Assembly: GCF_009914755.1 (NCBI RefSeq)
Contig: NC_060931.1
Strand: one strand, 5' to 3'
Source: the human T2T-CHM13v2.0 reference genome, Homo sapiens
Length of the DNA stretch: 64,000 nucleotides
Part shown: piece by piece, positions 48,481 to 64,000 of the stretch
Numbering within the stretch: position 1 is the stretch's first letter
Layout of the letters: each line of letters opens with the position of its first letter
The notes under the pieces: model-generated
Databases searched by the model: none
What the model was told of the DNA's origin: nothing
The model's input: only the letters and a program-made list of their open reading frames with translations
Made by a program: the position numbers and the translations under genes

Positions 48481-49489
48481 TCATCATGGCTCCGGCGTTG
48501 GGGACCCTGCTCAAGTACATCCAAAAGGACCCTTCCCACACCAGTCTTTATAGCGGTCAAGTGCAGCAGCCACTTAGCACCCAAGGCATGTGCCACAGCT
48601 GGCATTTCATCACAATCAACAATAAGTGGTAGCTTGAGTCATTGTGAGGTCACTTCCTGGAAATCAACAGCATCCCATGTCCCATTGGCAAGGAGCTCAG
48701 CACGGCCCCTTGGATAACCAAATCTATGCCCAAATCCCATCTGTGTGGGTCTGTCTCCTGGGATCCTTCCCAGCATCAACTCTGTATTAGTCAGGGTCCA
48801 ATCAGGAGACATAAACCACTCAAAAGTCCAAAGTCCTAAAATTTAATACAGACAATTATTCATTATAACAGGGGAACAGCATAATGAGAGATTGGCTAGC
48901 ACAAAGTAAAGACAATTCTAGAGAATATAGGACTAGCCAAAGTCAGGCATGGTGGCTCATGCCAGCATTTTAAGAAGCCAATGCAGGAGGATTGCTTGAG
49001 GCCAGGAGCTAGAGACCGGCCTGGGCAACACAGTGAGACCCTGTCTCTATCCAAAAAAAGAAAAAAATTAGCTGGGTGTGGTGGTGCATACTCATAATCC
49101 CAGCTACTTGGGAAGCTGAAGTGGGAGGGTAGTTTGAGCCTGTGAGGTCAAGGCTGCAGTGAGTCATGATTATGGCACTATAGTCAAGCCTGGGTGACAG
49201 AGCAAGACCCTGTCTCAAAGAACAAAACAACAACAACAACAATTTACAGACAGAAAAGAAATAGGGTTAATAAGGTATAAGGAAAGATGTTGAAATGTGA
49301 CAAAGTAATATGACGGCTTTCATCCATTTAAAATCATCAAACAAAAAATAACTTATTAAATTATAATACCCTGTGCTGGCAAAGATGCAGTGAAACGGGC
49401 ATTTTCTTATACAATAAGGGGTGTTTAAACTGTATATAAGCCTTTCAGGGTAAAGCTTCCAATTTTTTATTTATTTATTTATTTTTTGA

Positions 49490-49597
<108 letters not shown>

Positions 49598-51699
49598 TAG
49601 CTGGGATCACATGTGTGTGCCACCACACCCAGCTGATTTTGTATTTTTAGTAGAGACAGGGTTTCTCCATGTTGGTCAGACTGGTATTGCACTCCAGAAC
49701 TCAGGTGATCCACCCACCTCAGCCTCCCAAAGTGTTGGGATTACAGGCGTGAGCCACCACATCTGACCGGCAATTTTTTTTAATAATAGAGACACTGTCT
49801 CACCATACTGTCTCCTCCAAGTCCTGGGGTCAAGCAATCCTCCTGCCTTGGCCTCCCAAAGTGCTGGGATTATACCTGGGAGGCACCCAAAACCTTGACA
49901 ATTTACATCAAGGACAATGAGAATGTCCATTCACCATGACTCACAGTAATCTTTCTTCTGGAAATACCTTCGAAGACAACTGAACCTAAACAAAAAGTCA
50001 TCTGCACAAACACAGTGAAAATCTGGGAGTAACTGAAGACAGAGTGGTTAAGCGAAATAAGAAACAGTTATAAGAAATTAAACTATCTATGGTATTTATA
50101 GGCACCTGGTAGAAGGTCAGTTAATGTTAGCTAGTACTTTTTGTTGTTTTGAGACAGGGTCACTCTGTCACTCAGGCTGGAGTGCAGAGTCCTGATCATG
50201 ACTCACTGCAGTCTAAGCCTCCCTGGGCTCAAGTGATCCTCCCACCTCAGCCTCCCAAGTAGCTGGGACTACAGGAACATGCCATCACACTAGGCTAATT
50301 CATGTATATTTCTGTAGGGATGGTGACTCCCTTGATTTCTGAGGCCTGTCTCAAACTCTTGGCCTCGAGCCATCCTCCTGCTTCAGCCTCCCAAAGTGTT
50401 GTGATTACCGGTGTGAGCCACCACACCTGATCAGCTGCTACTTTTATATTATACCACTAAATTCAAAATTATTTGTCATTAAAAATTATCATTTTCAAGG
50501 CTATGGAACAATATGTGTCCTACAGTGTAACTGTAAAAACATATACGGTCATCCCTCGGCATACAGAGAGGATTCGTTCCAGCCCCCCATCTCTGCATAT
50601 ACCAAAATCCATGCATACTCACATTTCGCAGTCAGCCCTTTGGAACCCATGTATAGGAAAAGTCCAAATATTAGTTGGGCATTGTGGCAAGCACACACAG
50701 TCTCAGCCACCTGGGAGGCTGAGGTGGGAGGACTGCTTGAGCCTGAGAGGTCGAGGATGCAGTCAGCTGTGATAGCACTACCACATTCCAGCCTGGACAA
50801 CAGAGCAAGACCCTGTCTCAGGAAAAAAAAAAGAAAAAGAAAAAAGGTTAGAAATTCTAATGACGTCTGTTGGGCAAAATTCCATATAAGCAAAGTATAA
50901 ATTAATGAAGCAATTGGTGATAAATCACTACGATTGACTTTCTGGAGTTTCTGACAATAAAGGTAAGAAAAATGCAAAACAAAGAGACAGAGGGTAAAAA
51001 AACAAATTAGGGAAGGATTCTACGTGTTAAATAGGATGACACTGGCCATGTTCATGCAGCAGAGGTATGTCATATTATGACATAACTTCTTGGAAAGAAG
51101 TTAGCAGATAAGGAAGTTGACAAAAATGATGAGAGATGCTAAATACTGATAGCGACAGTCAAGTAAACCACGAAGAATTTCCATAACTGACATCAGCAAA
51201 GTGGGAATATTGTGCAGTGTGTGTTGAAGTTCCTGTACAACATTATTTGCCTTCTGTTTGTTTGTAAGGAATGTATTTACTAAAAGTTCTTCTTGCTGTC
51301 AAAAAAATATGTGTAAGTCATTAGAACTTATTCTTCTGTTTTTCTACTTTTATCTTCTGGCCATCATCCCCCAGCCTTAATTCGGAAATTTGTTTATTTT
51401 TAGAAAATCGAACAAGTGTTTGCTGTGGTGGCTAATACCTCTAGGATGGGAGGCAGGGGTGGAAGGGTCACTTGAGGCCAGGAGTTTGACACCAGCCTGG
51501 CCAACAAAGTGAGACCCCATGTCTACAAAACAATTTAAAGAATAGCCAGGTGTCATCATGTATAACTACAGTCCCAGCTACTAAGGAGGCTGAGGCAGGA
51601 GGAGCCTTAGCCTAGGAGTTCAAAGCTACGGTGAGCTGTGATTGCACCACTATACTCCAGCCTGGGTTGCAGAGGAGACCCCATCTCCCAAAACAAAAC

Positions 51700-51744
51700 G
51701 AAAGAAAGAAAGAAAAGAAGAAAGAAAGAAAGAAAGAAAGAAAG

Positions 51745-51775
<31 letters not shown>

Positions 51776-51795
51776 GAGAAAGAAAGAAAGAAAAT
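51700..51795. repeat. (GAAA)n-type microsatellite grown from an Alu tail
   Basis: Read directly. Confidence 0.9.
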
Positions 51796-52117
51796 AGGTA
51801 AAGTAGCAAGTTGTATGTGGCTTACTCTGAATATGTCTAAACTACATGTTCTCAATCTTTTCGAGTCTTGCATCCCTTTACATTTTTTAACTCTATTGAA
51901 GCTCTCTTAGGACTTTTTCTTTATATAAATAATTATATTAAAATTAGAAAATAACACAAAAATTTTAAAATATTCATTACATATTAATAATAAAACCATT
52001 TCATGTTGATATAATACAGAACAAATTTTTAAAATATATATTCATTACACATGAATAATAAAACCATTACAAGTTGACATACGTAATACTTTTTTTTTTT
52101 TTTGGGAAACAGTCTGA

Positions 52118-52324
<207 letters not shown>

Positions 52325-52382
52325 TGATCACCTTGGTCTCCCAAAGTGCTGGGATTACAGGCATGAGCCATTGCGCCCATGC

Positions 52383-52764
<382 letters not shown>

Positions 52765-54098
52765 TAGTAGAGATAGGGTTTCACCGTGTTAGCCAGGATG
52801 GTCTAGATCTCCTGACCTCGTGATCCGCCCGCCTCGGCCTCCCAACAGATTCATATATTTTTTAAAACACTGATTAGTCAGGCAACAATACTGGGGAGGG
52901 GTCTCCTCATTCCCAGTGATGCAAACCCCACTGCACGGCTCCAGGGTTGCAAGGGCTACAGAGCCAAAAGGCTCTAACTTATGATTTCATTACTTTATTT
53001 GTATTGTGAGACAGGGTCCTGCTCTGTCGCCCAGGCTGGAGAGCAGTTGTGCACTTATAGCTCACTGAAGCCTCGACCTTCTGAATTTAAGCCATCTTCC
53101 TGCCTCAGCTCCCCACTGGCTGGTACCACAGTTGAGTGCCACCATACCTGGCTATTTTTTAATTTTTTGTAGAGTGAGGGGTCTTGCTATGTTGCCCAAA
53201 CTGGCCTCAAACACCTGACCTCAAGAGATCTGCCCACCTCAGCCTCCTGAGTAGCTGGGACTACAAGTACACATCAACATGCCTAGCTACATTTCATTTT
53301 ATTAAATTTTGAAAAACATTTTTATTGAGAGTAGGTCTTGCTATATTGCCCAGGCTGGTCTCGAACTACTGCCCTTAAAAGATACTCCCATCTCTGCCTC
53401 CCAAACAGGTGGAACTACAGGCATGAGCCACTGCACTGAGCGTGAAGAGATTTCTTTAATCTACTATCCCATACTTAATAGGACTGGGAAAGGCAGTAGT
53501 GTTTTTTAAAATTACTTAATAATTCAGTAAGAATCTAACACAACCTTGACCCCTGCCTTCTCTCACACCCCACATCCAGTCTGTCAGGAAATCCTGTTGA
53601 CTGTCTTCAACATGTACTGAAGATCCCCACCCAGCAACTCCCTGGCCTCCTCCCCAACTTCTCTCCTCTGACTATCTCTCACCACCACCACGACCCTGGT
53701 CAAGACCACTATCATCTCCCACCTCGATGTTGCCACAACTTGGCCCCCATGCTTCTATCCAAATCTTCCCACAGTCTTTCTCAACTCAGCAGCCAGAGAA
53801 TGCTTTTAAATCGGCAGACAGATCATGTCGCCTCTCTGCTCAGAACCCTCCTGAATTTCCCATCTAGCCCAGCAATAACCTCCCAGGGCTTACACAGTCT
53901 GTACCGATCCCTGCCCAGCAAATCTCTGGCCTGCTGCCCTAATTTTCTCCCTCTCTCCTTCTGCTCCACTAGCCTCCTTCCAGAGCCTCAGACACACCTC
54001 AGACACCTTATTCCGTTGTTTCTGCCTACAATGCTCTTCCCACAGCACCTTGGCCAACTCCTTCCCCTCCTTCAAGTCTTTGCTTAATTTTTACTTAG

Positions 54099-54590
<492 letters not shown>

Positions 54591-55814
54591 TGATCTGCCT
54601 GCCTCAGCCTCCCAAAGTGCTGAAATTACAGGTGCAAGCCACCGTGCCCAGCCATTTTTAAAATTTTTTGTAGAGACAGGGTCTCACTATGTTGTGCAGG
54701 CTAGTCTTGAACTCCTGGCCTCAAGTGATCCTCCTGCCTGGATTCCTAAAGTGCTGGGATTACCAGCATGAGCCACCATGCCTGGCTTTATGTTCATTTC
54801 TTCTTGTGGCTGCAACAAACTTTCCTACATTTAGTGGCTAAAAACACCACAAATAAACCATCTTACAATTCTTGGGGCCTTGAAGCCCCAACTAGGTCTA
54901 TTAAAGCTAAAGTCAAGGTGTCAGCAGGGCTGCATTCCTTTTGAAGGCTCTAACGTGTTCTCTTGGCTTTTCCAGCTTCTAGAAGCCACCCCCATTCCTT
55001 GGATCATGGCCCCTTACTCCATCTTCAAAGCCAGAAGTGAAGCATCTTCAAATCTCCCTCTCTGACCTCGACTTCCATCACCACATCTCCTGCTCCAGTT
55101 CTGACTCTCCTACCCTCTTTCTTTTATAAAGATCCTTGTGATTCACCTGAGGTCAAGAGTTCGAGACCAGCCTGAACAACAGGGAGAAACCCCGTCTCTA
55201 CTAAAAATACAAAAATTAGCCGGGCATAGTGGCGCATGCCTGTATTCCCAGCTACTCTGGAGGCTGAGGCAGGAGAACTGCTTGAACCCAGGAGGCAGAG
55301 GTTGCGCTACGGCACTCCAGCCTGAGCAACAAGAGCGAAACTCCGTCTCAAAAAAAAAAACAACCAAAAAAAAAAAAAATCCTTGTAATTGCTGGGCATG
55401 GTGGCTGCCACCCATAATCCCAACACTTTGGGAGGTCAAAGCAGGAGGAACACTTGAGGCCCAGAGTTTGAAACTAGCCAGGACAACAGTGAGACCCCAC
55501 CTCTACAAAAAAATAAAAATGAATATTAGTCAGACATGGTGGTGTGTGCCTGTACTCCCAGCTACTTGAGAGGCTGAGGTGAGATGATCGCTTTAACCCA
55601 GGAGTTTGAGATCAGTCTGGGCAACATAACTAAATTTCATCTCTACAAAAATGAGTTGGGCATGGGTGACATGCATGTGTAGTCCCAGCTACTTGAGAGG
55701 CTGCTGTGGGAGGATCACTTGAGCTCAGGAGGTCAAAGCTATAGTGAGCTATGATCACATCACTGCACTCCAGCCTGGATGACACGGGGAGATTTTGTCT
55801 CAAAAAAAGAAAAG

Positions 55815-57725
<1,911 letters not shown>

Positions 57726-58598
57726 AGACAAACACGGGCTTTTCTTTCACCTGTCTACCTGCTTAACTGCATAGGAGAGGCAACATGTGGTGCTCATGAA
57801 CAAAGCAAACATTAAAGTCAGACCAGACCCAACATTTGACTCACTCTTAATATCCAGGTGAGCTTGGGCAATCACTCATCATTCCTAAGTCTTCATCACT
57901 TCATTCACAAAATGGGGATAACTGTGGCACCTACCTGTGATTTTGTGAGAATTAATGAAATATTATGCTTGATGTTATTGTGATCATTATACCTATTCCA
58001 AACTATCTGACAAGGACAGTGATAGACGATAACATCAAAAGATTAGAAACTGTAATGAGGTCTCTTGGGCAAAATTCCATACAAGCAAATTACTCTCTCT
58101 CCAAAGCATTCCTGCCACAATTAATTCACCATTCCCTGAATAAAATGTGCCATCTTTATTGACCAGGTCTTTACAGTGCTGGTTTCCCTGCTTGAGCAGC
58201 TCACTCCATCTCAGCCCATTCCCCATCCCTCCACCTCCCCCTTCTCTGCCCACTCTCATACAATTCTTCCTCATCTTTCAGGACCCAGCTTCAATGTCAC
58301 CTTAACTGGATGCTTCTCTCACCCTCCAGAAGTGCTTCTTATTGCATTGGATGCATGCACTATTATTTGATCATTTTTGAGTCATAGTCCAAGTCTTTTT
58401 GTAACTGAATAACATGTTGCCCAATCAGTCTCTCTTCCTGGACTCTGAAGTCTTTCATGGTAGATCCAGCTGGAAGTGACAAAAAGATATTCTTTAAAAA
58501 AAAAAAAAAGGGATGACACAGACAGACACAAGTTCTTAAACGTTTTAAATGGTATGTGAAAAGCAAACAAAATTCAAAGCCTTATGGGGAACACTTAG

Positions 58599-58848
<250 letters not shown>

Positions 58849-59224
58849 TAGCCAGGATGGTCTCAATCTCCTGACCTCGTGATCTGCCTGCCTCGGCCTC
58901 CCAAAGTGCTGGGACTACAGGCGTGAGCCACCATGCCCAGTCTAATTTTTATTTTATTTTATTTTTTGAGACTGAGTCTCATTCTGTTACCTATGCTGGA
59001 ATGCAGTGGTGCAATCAGGGCTCACTGCAGCCTCGACCTCCTGGGCTCAAGTAATCTCCCCTAATTTTTATTTAAGAAATTCAGTCTTGGTTGAGCGTGG
59101 TAGCTTACGCCTGTAATCTCAACACTTTGGGAGGCTGAGAGGGGTGGATTACTCGAGCCCAGCAGTTTGAGATCAGCCTGGGCAACACATTAAGACCCTG
59201 TCTCTATGCAAAAAAACAGAGTGA

Positions 59225-59666
59225 ATTTATGAAAGGCAATTTTTCCCACAGACTGGTGGTGGAGGGAATGACTTCAGGATGATTCAAGTGCATTACATAT
59301 ATTGTGCACTTTATTTCTATTATTATTGCATTGTAATATACAATGAAATAATTCTACAACTCATGATAATGTACAATCAGTGGGATCTCTGAACTTATTT
59401 TCCTGCAACTAGACTGTCCATCTGGGGCGAAGGGAGAAACAGGCATTAGATTCTCATAAGGAGCACGCAACCTAGATCCCTTACCTGCACACTTCACAAC
59501 AGGGTTCATGCTCCTATGAGAATCTAATGCTGCCGCTGATCTGACAAGACATGGCGCTCAGGTGGTCATGTGAGCAATGGGGAGGGGCTATAAATACAGA
59601 TGAAGTTTCCCCTCACTCACCTGCTGCTCACCTCTGGCTCTGTGGCCCTGTGGATGGAGACCCCTG
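59225..59666 (+). mobile_element. 5'-truncated MER1A-type element
   Basis: Shares internal sequence with 3016-3540 and ends GGAGACCCCTG. Confidence 0.75.
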
Positions 59667-60958
59667 CTCGAGTGCATTCGTAAGTATCCATCCCATACCA
59701 TTCTTCAGACTCATCTATACTGCCGCAGTGGTCAAGTGTAGCACCCTTAGCTTGAATGGCATATGCCTCGGCTGGCATTTCATCACAATCAACATTAAGT
59801 GGTAGCTTGAGTCATTGTGAGGTCACTTCCTAGAAATCATCAGCATCCCATGTCCCACTGGCAAATAGCTCAGCTCTGCTCCTTGGATAACCAAACCTAT
59901 GCCTAAATCCCATCTGTGTGGGTCCATCTCCTGGTACCCTTCCCAGCATCAATTCTGTATTTCTAGGAGTCCAATCAGGAGATATAAACCACTCAGAAGT
60001 TTAAACTAAAATGGGCATAGTGGCTCACACCTGTAATCCCAGCACTTTGGGAGGCCAAGGCGGGTGATCGCTTTGAGCTCAGGAGTTTGAGACCAGCCTG
60101 GGAAACGTGGCGAAACACCGTCTCTACAAAAAACACAAAAATTAGCCAGGCGTGGTGGCACATATCTGTAATCCCAGCTACTCAGGAGGCTGAGGAAGGA
60201 GAATTGCTTGAGCCTGGGAAGTGGAGGTAGCCATGAGCAGAGATCGTGCCACTGCACTTTAGCCTAGGTGATCGAGTGAGACCCAGTACCAATAAAAAAC
60301 AAAAAAAAAGTAAAAAAATATATATATATATGTAAATTTAATATAAAAAGTATTAATTATAACAGAGGATTGGCGTAATGAGTGACACACTAGCACAAAT
60401 GAAAGACAACTCTAGAGAATACAGAACTAGCAGAGGCCAGGCATGGTGGCTCATGCCTGTAATCCCAGCAATTTGGGAAGCCTAGGCAGGAGGATCGCTT
60501 GAGGACAGGAGTTGGAGACCAGTCTGGGCAACATAGTGAGACCCTGTGTCTACCAAAAAAAGAAAAAAAATTAGCCAGGTGTGGTGGTGGTGCACACCTA
60601 TAGTTCCAGCTACTTTGGAGTCTGGGGTGGGAAGATCCCTTGCGCCTGAAAAGTCTAGGCTGCAGTGAGTATGGGTGGATTTTGGTGTACACAGAAATGG
60701 GGGAGCTGGAACTAATCCCCCCAATATACCAAGAGACAAATTGTATCTGTTTTTACAATTATACTGTAGGATACATTATGTTCCATGACAATGGTAATTT
60801 TTAATGACAGTTTTTAATTGAGTGGAATTACCATAAAAATAATAAAAGTAGCAGCTAATATTTACTGAGCTGTTACTAGGTGCCTATAAATACCATAAAT
60901 TTTTAAATTCCCCATAACTCTTCCTTATTCCACTTAACCACTTTATCTTAAATTACTC

Positions 60959-61065
60959 ATGCTTGCTTCAGTAGCACGTATACTACAGTTGGAACAATAG
61001 GGAGATTGGCATGGCCTCTGTGCAAGAACGACATGCAAGTTTCTGAATCATTCCATATTTTTTTT
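60959..61065 (+). pseudogene. U6 snRNA retropseudogene (RNU6 family)
   Basis: Full-length diverged match to U6 (atgcttgcttcagtagcacgtatac...ttccatattttt), followed by an A-rich tail and flanked by TSD aaattactc/aaattacatc. The ACAGAGA box is degraded. Confidence 0.93.
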
Positions 61066-62129
61066 AAAAAGAGAAAAAAATTACATCCGGATTTTCACTG
61101 TGTGCATATGACCTTTTGTTTAGGTTGAATTATATCCAAAGATGGTATTTCCAGAAGTGAGATTACTGTGAGTCACAGGGCGTGAGCATTCTTATTACAC
61201 TTGATGTAAACTGTCGAGCTTTCAGGCATGGTGGCTGTCTGCTTATAATTCCAGCACTTTGGGAGGCTGAGGTGGGAGGATTGCTTGAGCCCAGGAAGTT
61301 GTGGCTGCAGTGAGCCATAATTGCACCACTGCACTCCAGTCTGGGCAACAGAGTGAGACAGAAGGTTGACTGTTTAATAGAATTTTTCTGTTGACTTGAA
61401 GATATGGCCATGACTGTGCCATATGAAAATTCTTCATAAAATAATTATCTCATCCAATTAAATGTTGGAATTGGGAACAGAAAATGTTTTGGTGACTATT
61501 TATTCCTTCACTTGCTATTACAGAAACTACTGCCAGTGGGCACTTAACAACCAAAAGTGTCATCTCTGAGCTACTCACAATGAAAGGTGATGTCTGGGGC
61601 CCAGGTGTGTTGAGGTCCCCATGTCTGGGCTATGGGTGCTGAGTGGGACTTACTTGTCCATCCATTTTCTATATTCCAGCACTGGGAAACTTGGGTTTAT
61701 CCATCTTGATAAGAGGTCATTTAAATTCCACCTGGCAAAAACCACAAATGGAAAAAAGGCAATGAAACTACAGGCTAGCCCTTGTTCTCAAAAGAATATT
61801 TAGCTTAGGTGGTTCTGTAAAAGAGGAATCACATTGTTGAAAACTCATCACAGGTCAGGTGAGGTGGCTCACACCTATAATCCCAGCCCATTGGGAGACT
61901 AAGGCAGGAGGATATCCCATGAGGCCAAAAGTTCAAGACCAGCCTGGGTAACACAGTGAAACCTCATCTCTACAAAAAATTAGAAAATGAGCTGGGTGCG
62001 GGGGCACATTCCTATAGTCCCAGCTACTTTGGAGGCTGAAGTGGGAGGATCAAAGTGGAAGCTGCAGAAGTAGAAGCTGCAGTGAGCTCTGATCCCACTG
62101 CACTCCAGCCTGGGTGACAGAGTGAGAAA

Positions 62130-62130
<1 letters not shown>

Positions 62131-62161
<31 letters not shown>

Positions 62162-62184
62162 CCCTCATCTCAGTCTGCCCAGCC

Positions 62185-62223
<39 letters not shown>

Positions 62224-62247
62224 CCTCATCTCAGTCTGCCCAGCCTT
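62131..62247. repeat. Duplicated (CA)n plus 24-bp unit
   Basis: CCTCATCTCAGTCTGCCCAGCCTT at 62163-62186 and 62224-62247, each preceded by a CA tract. Confidence 0.9.
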
Positions 62248-62944
62248 GACTAGTGAAAAAGGTCTTCTGGTTACAGAAGACGTATGCTCTTTTTTAGGAC
62301 CGGGATGGACCAGCAAGCTTGTTCACAGCCTTTCCCTCATCCTCTGCTTAGTTTTCCAAGAAACTTCAGGTGGAAAGGGAGTCCCTGGGGAAAAGACCTA
62401 ACTCATCAGGTTACCAAAGGAGAAATTTGCATCCTTTGTCAATTAATAAATGGAACACCTGCCTTAAAAACCAGGGAGTTCTGCTAGGGTGAATCACTCC
62501 CTACAACCCTGACCTATGCAGGGAATGTAAAAACCTGGAGTTTGGGGACCTATAATATTGAAGGCCACATTGCAGATGTGGAGACCTTACCAAAGTACAG
62601 CCTTTCCACAAAGCACTACCGAACACCAGCTGGCTGTCTCCATGGGACACCGCTGTATCTCTGGCTCTCGTTTCCCCCAGAGATGCTCTATTCCAGCCTT
62701 CTCTTACATTTTGTATCCTGCACAGTTCCTGGCATAAGGACTTACAACATATCAGGCTGCTATGTTAATGGTGATCTACTGCAGATCCAACTTGAGATTC
62801 TGGCAGGGCGCTTTGTGTTTGAGAAATTAAAGGGGAGAGAATGGACCCAGCCTGCTGGAATATAAAAAATTTAAAGAAGAAAAAAATATTAAAATAAAAA
62901 TTTCTCCTAAAGAGCACTCAAAAGCACACTCCCACCAATGCTAG

Positions 62945-63103
<159 letters not shown>

Positions 63104-64000
63104 TGAATGCCACCATGCCTGGCTAATTTTTTAATTTTTTGTAGAGACGGGGTCTCACTATGTGGCCCAGACTGGTCTTGAACTCCTGGGTCAAACTAAT
63201 CCTCCCGCCTTCGCCTCCGAAAGTGCTAGGATTATAGGCTTTAGCCACTGTGCCCAGTCTATTTATCTTTCTATAACTCATATATTAAATCTTCCTCCTT
63301 AAATCACCTCCTACCCACCCATCTGCAGGGATAGCAAACACAGGTCTCAGCAGGTCAGGCAACCTACAGGAGGGAATGAGGCCAGAGTAATGTGGGAGAC
63401 CAGGGGGAACTGTAGCAAACTGCAAGGTATTCACTTCAATAGTTCTTCAACACTGTGATGGTCAAACCAAACACAGAAACAGGAAGCCCAGTTCAGTCGC
63501 CAGCAGCCAATGTGGGATATTTGATCTACATGCTACAGGGCAAACTGCTTACGATAAATGACCTGGTCTCCACCAACCTGCTCTTCAAGTCCAGCCGCTC
63601 CTGCCCAACTCCCTACACTCTACTGACACGACCCACATTCACAGTACTCTCCTGAAACTTTGCTTGTTCACTCTTTTTTTATTTTCCCAATGAATATTTC
63701 TTTTTCTTTTTTTTACTTTTTTTGAGACAGAGTCCCCTTCTGTTACACAGGCTGAAGTACAGGCGGATGATTATGGCTCACTGCAGCTTCGTTATGGCTC
63801 ACTGCAGCTTCCGTCACCTGGGCTCAAGTGATCCTCCCACCTTAGCCTCCCAAGTAGCGGGGATTACAGTCATGTAACACCACACCCAGCTAAATTTATT
63901 ATTTTTTCTTGTCTTTTTTTTTTTTTTTTTTTTCAGACGGAGTCTCGCTCTGTTGCCCAGACTGGAGTGCAGTGGCATGATCTCAGCTCACTGCAACCTC

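Noticed and set aside
45075-48541. Long minus-strand ORFs (233, 207 and 295 aa)
   Set aside because: Overlapping ORFs in several frames on both strands with P/A/S/R-rich low complexity are expected from a stop-poor GC-rich repeat, and frames are not maintained between units.
60959-61065. Functional U6 snRNA gene
   Set aside because: It has many substitutions, a damaged ACAGAGA box, an A tail with TSD and no upstream PSE/TATA arrangement, so it is a retrocopy.

Overview
Primate, almost certainly human, genomic DNA that I recognise as the 7q11.23 STYXL1/MDH2 locus. It is extremely Alu-dense. Left part: the 5' end of STYXL1 on the minus strand (non-coding exon 1 near 21.2-21.5 kb, coding exons at 3971-4073 and 2192-2253). 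STYXL1 shares a bidirectional CpG-island promoter with the complete 9-exon MDH2 gene on the plus strand (CDS 21697-39929, 1017 nt, 338 aa, two poly(A) signals). Right part (about 45-64 kb) looks like a segmental-duplication mosaic: a 3.5 kb GC-rich higher-order tandem array (3 x ~1.16 kb), an old internal direct-plus-inverted duplication with reciprocal empty/filled insertion sites, a U6 retrocopy, and LTR and DNA-transposon relics. The most notable observation is a chain of eight exon-like, repeat-free islands on the plus strand inside STYXL1 intron 1 (6515-17317). They have splice signals, mostly compatible reading phases, scattered nonsense lesions, one dead donor and an Alu-interrupted terminal frame followed by AATAAA. 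This looks like the fossil of a lost multi-exon protein-coding gene nested antisense to STYXL1. I do not recognise its protein family and could not run a search. Most ORFs in the supplied track are Alu or repeat artefacts.
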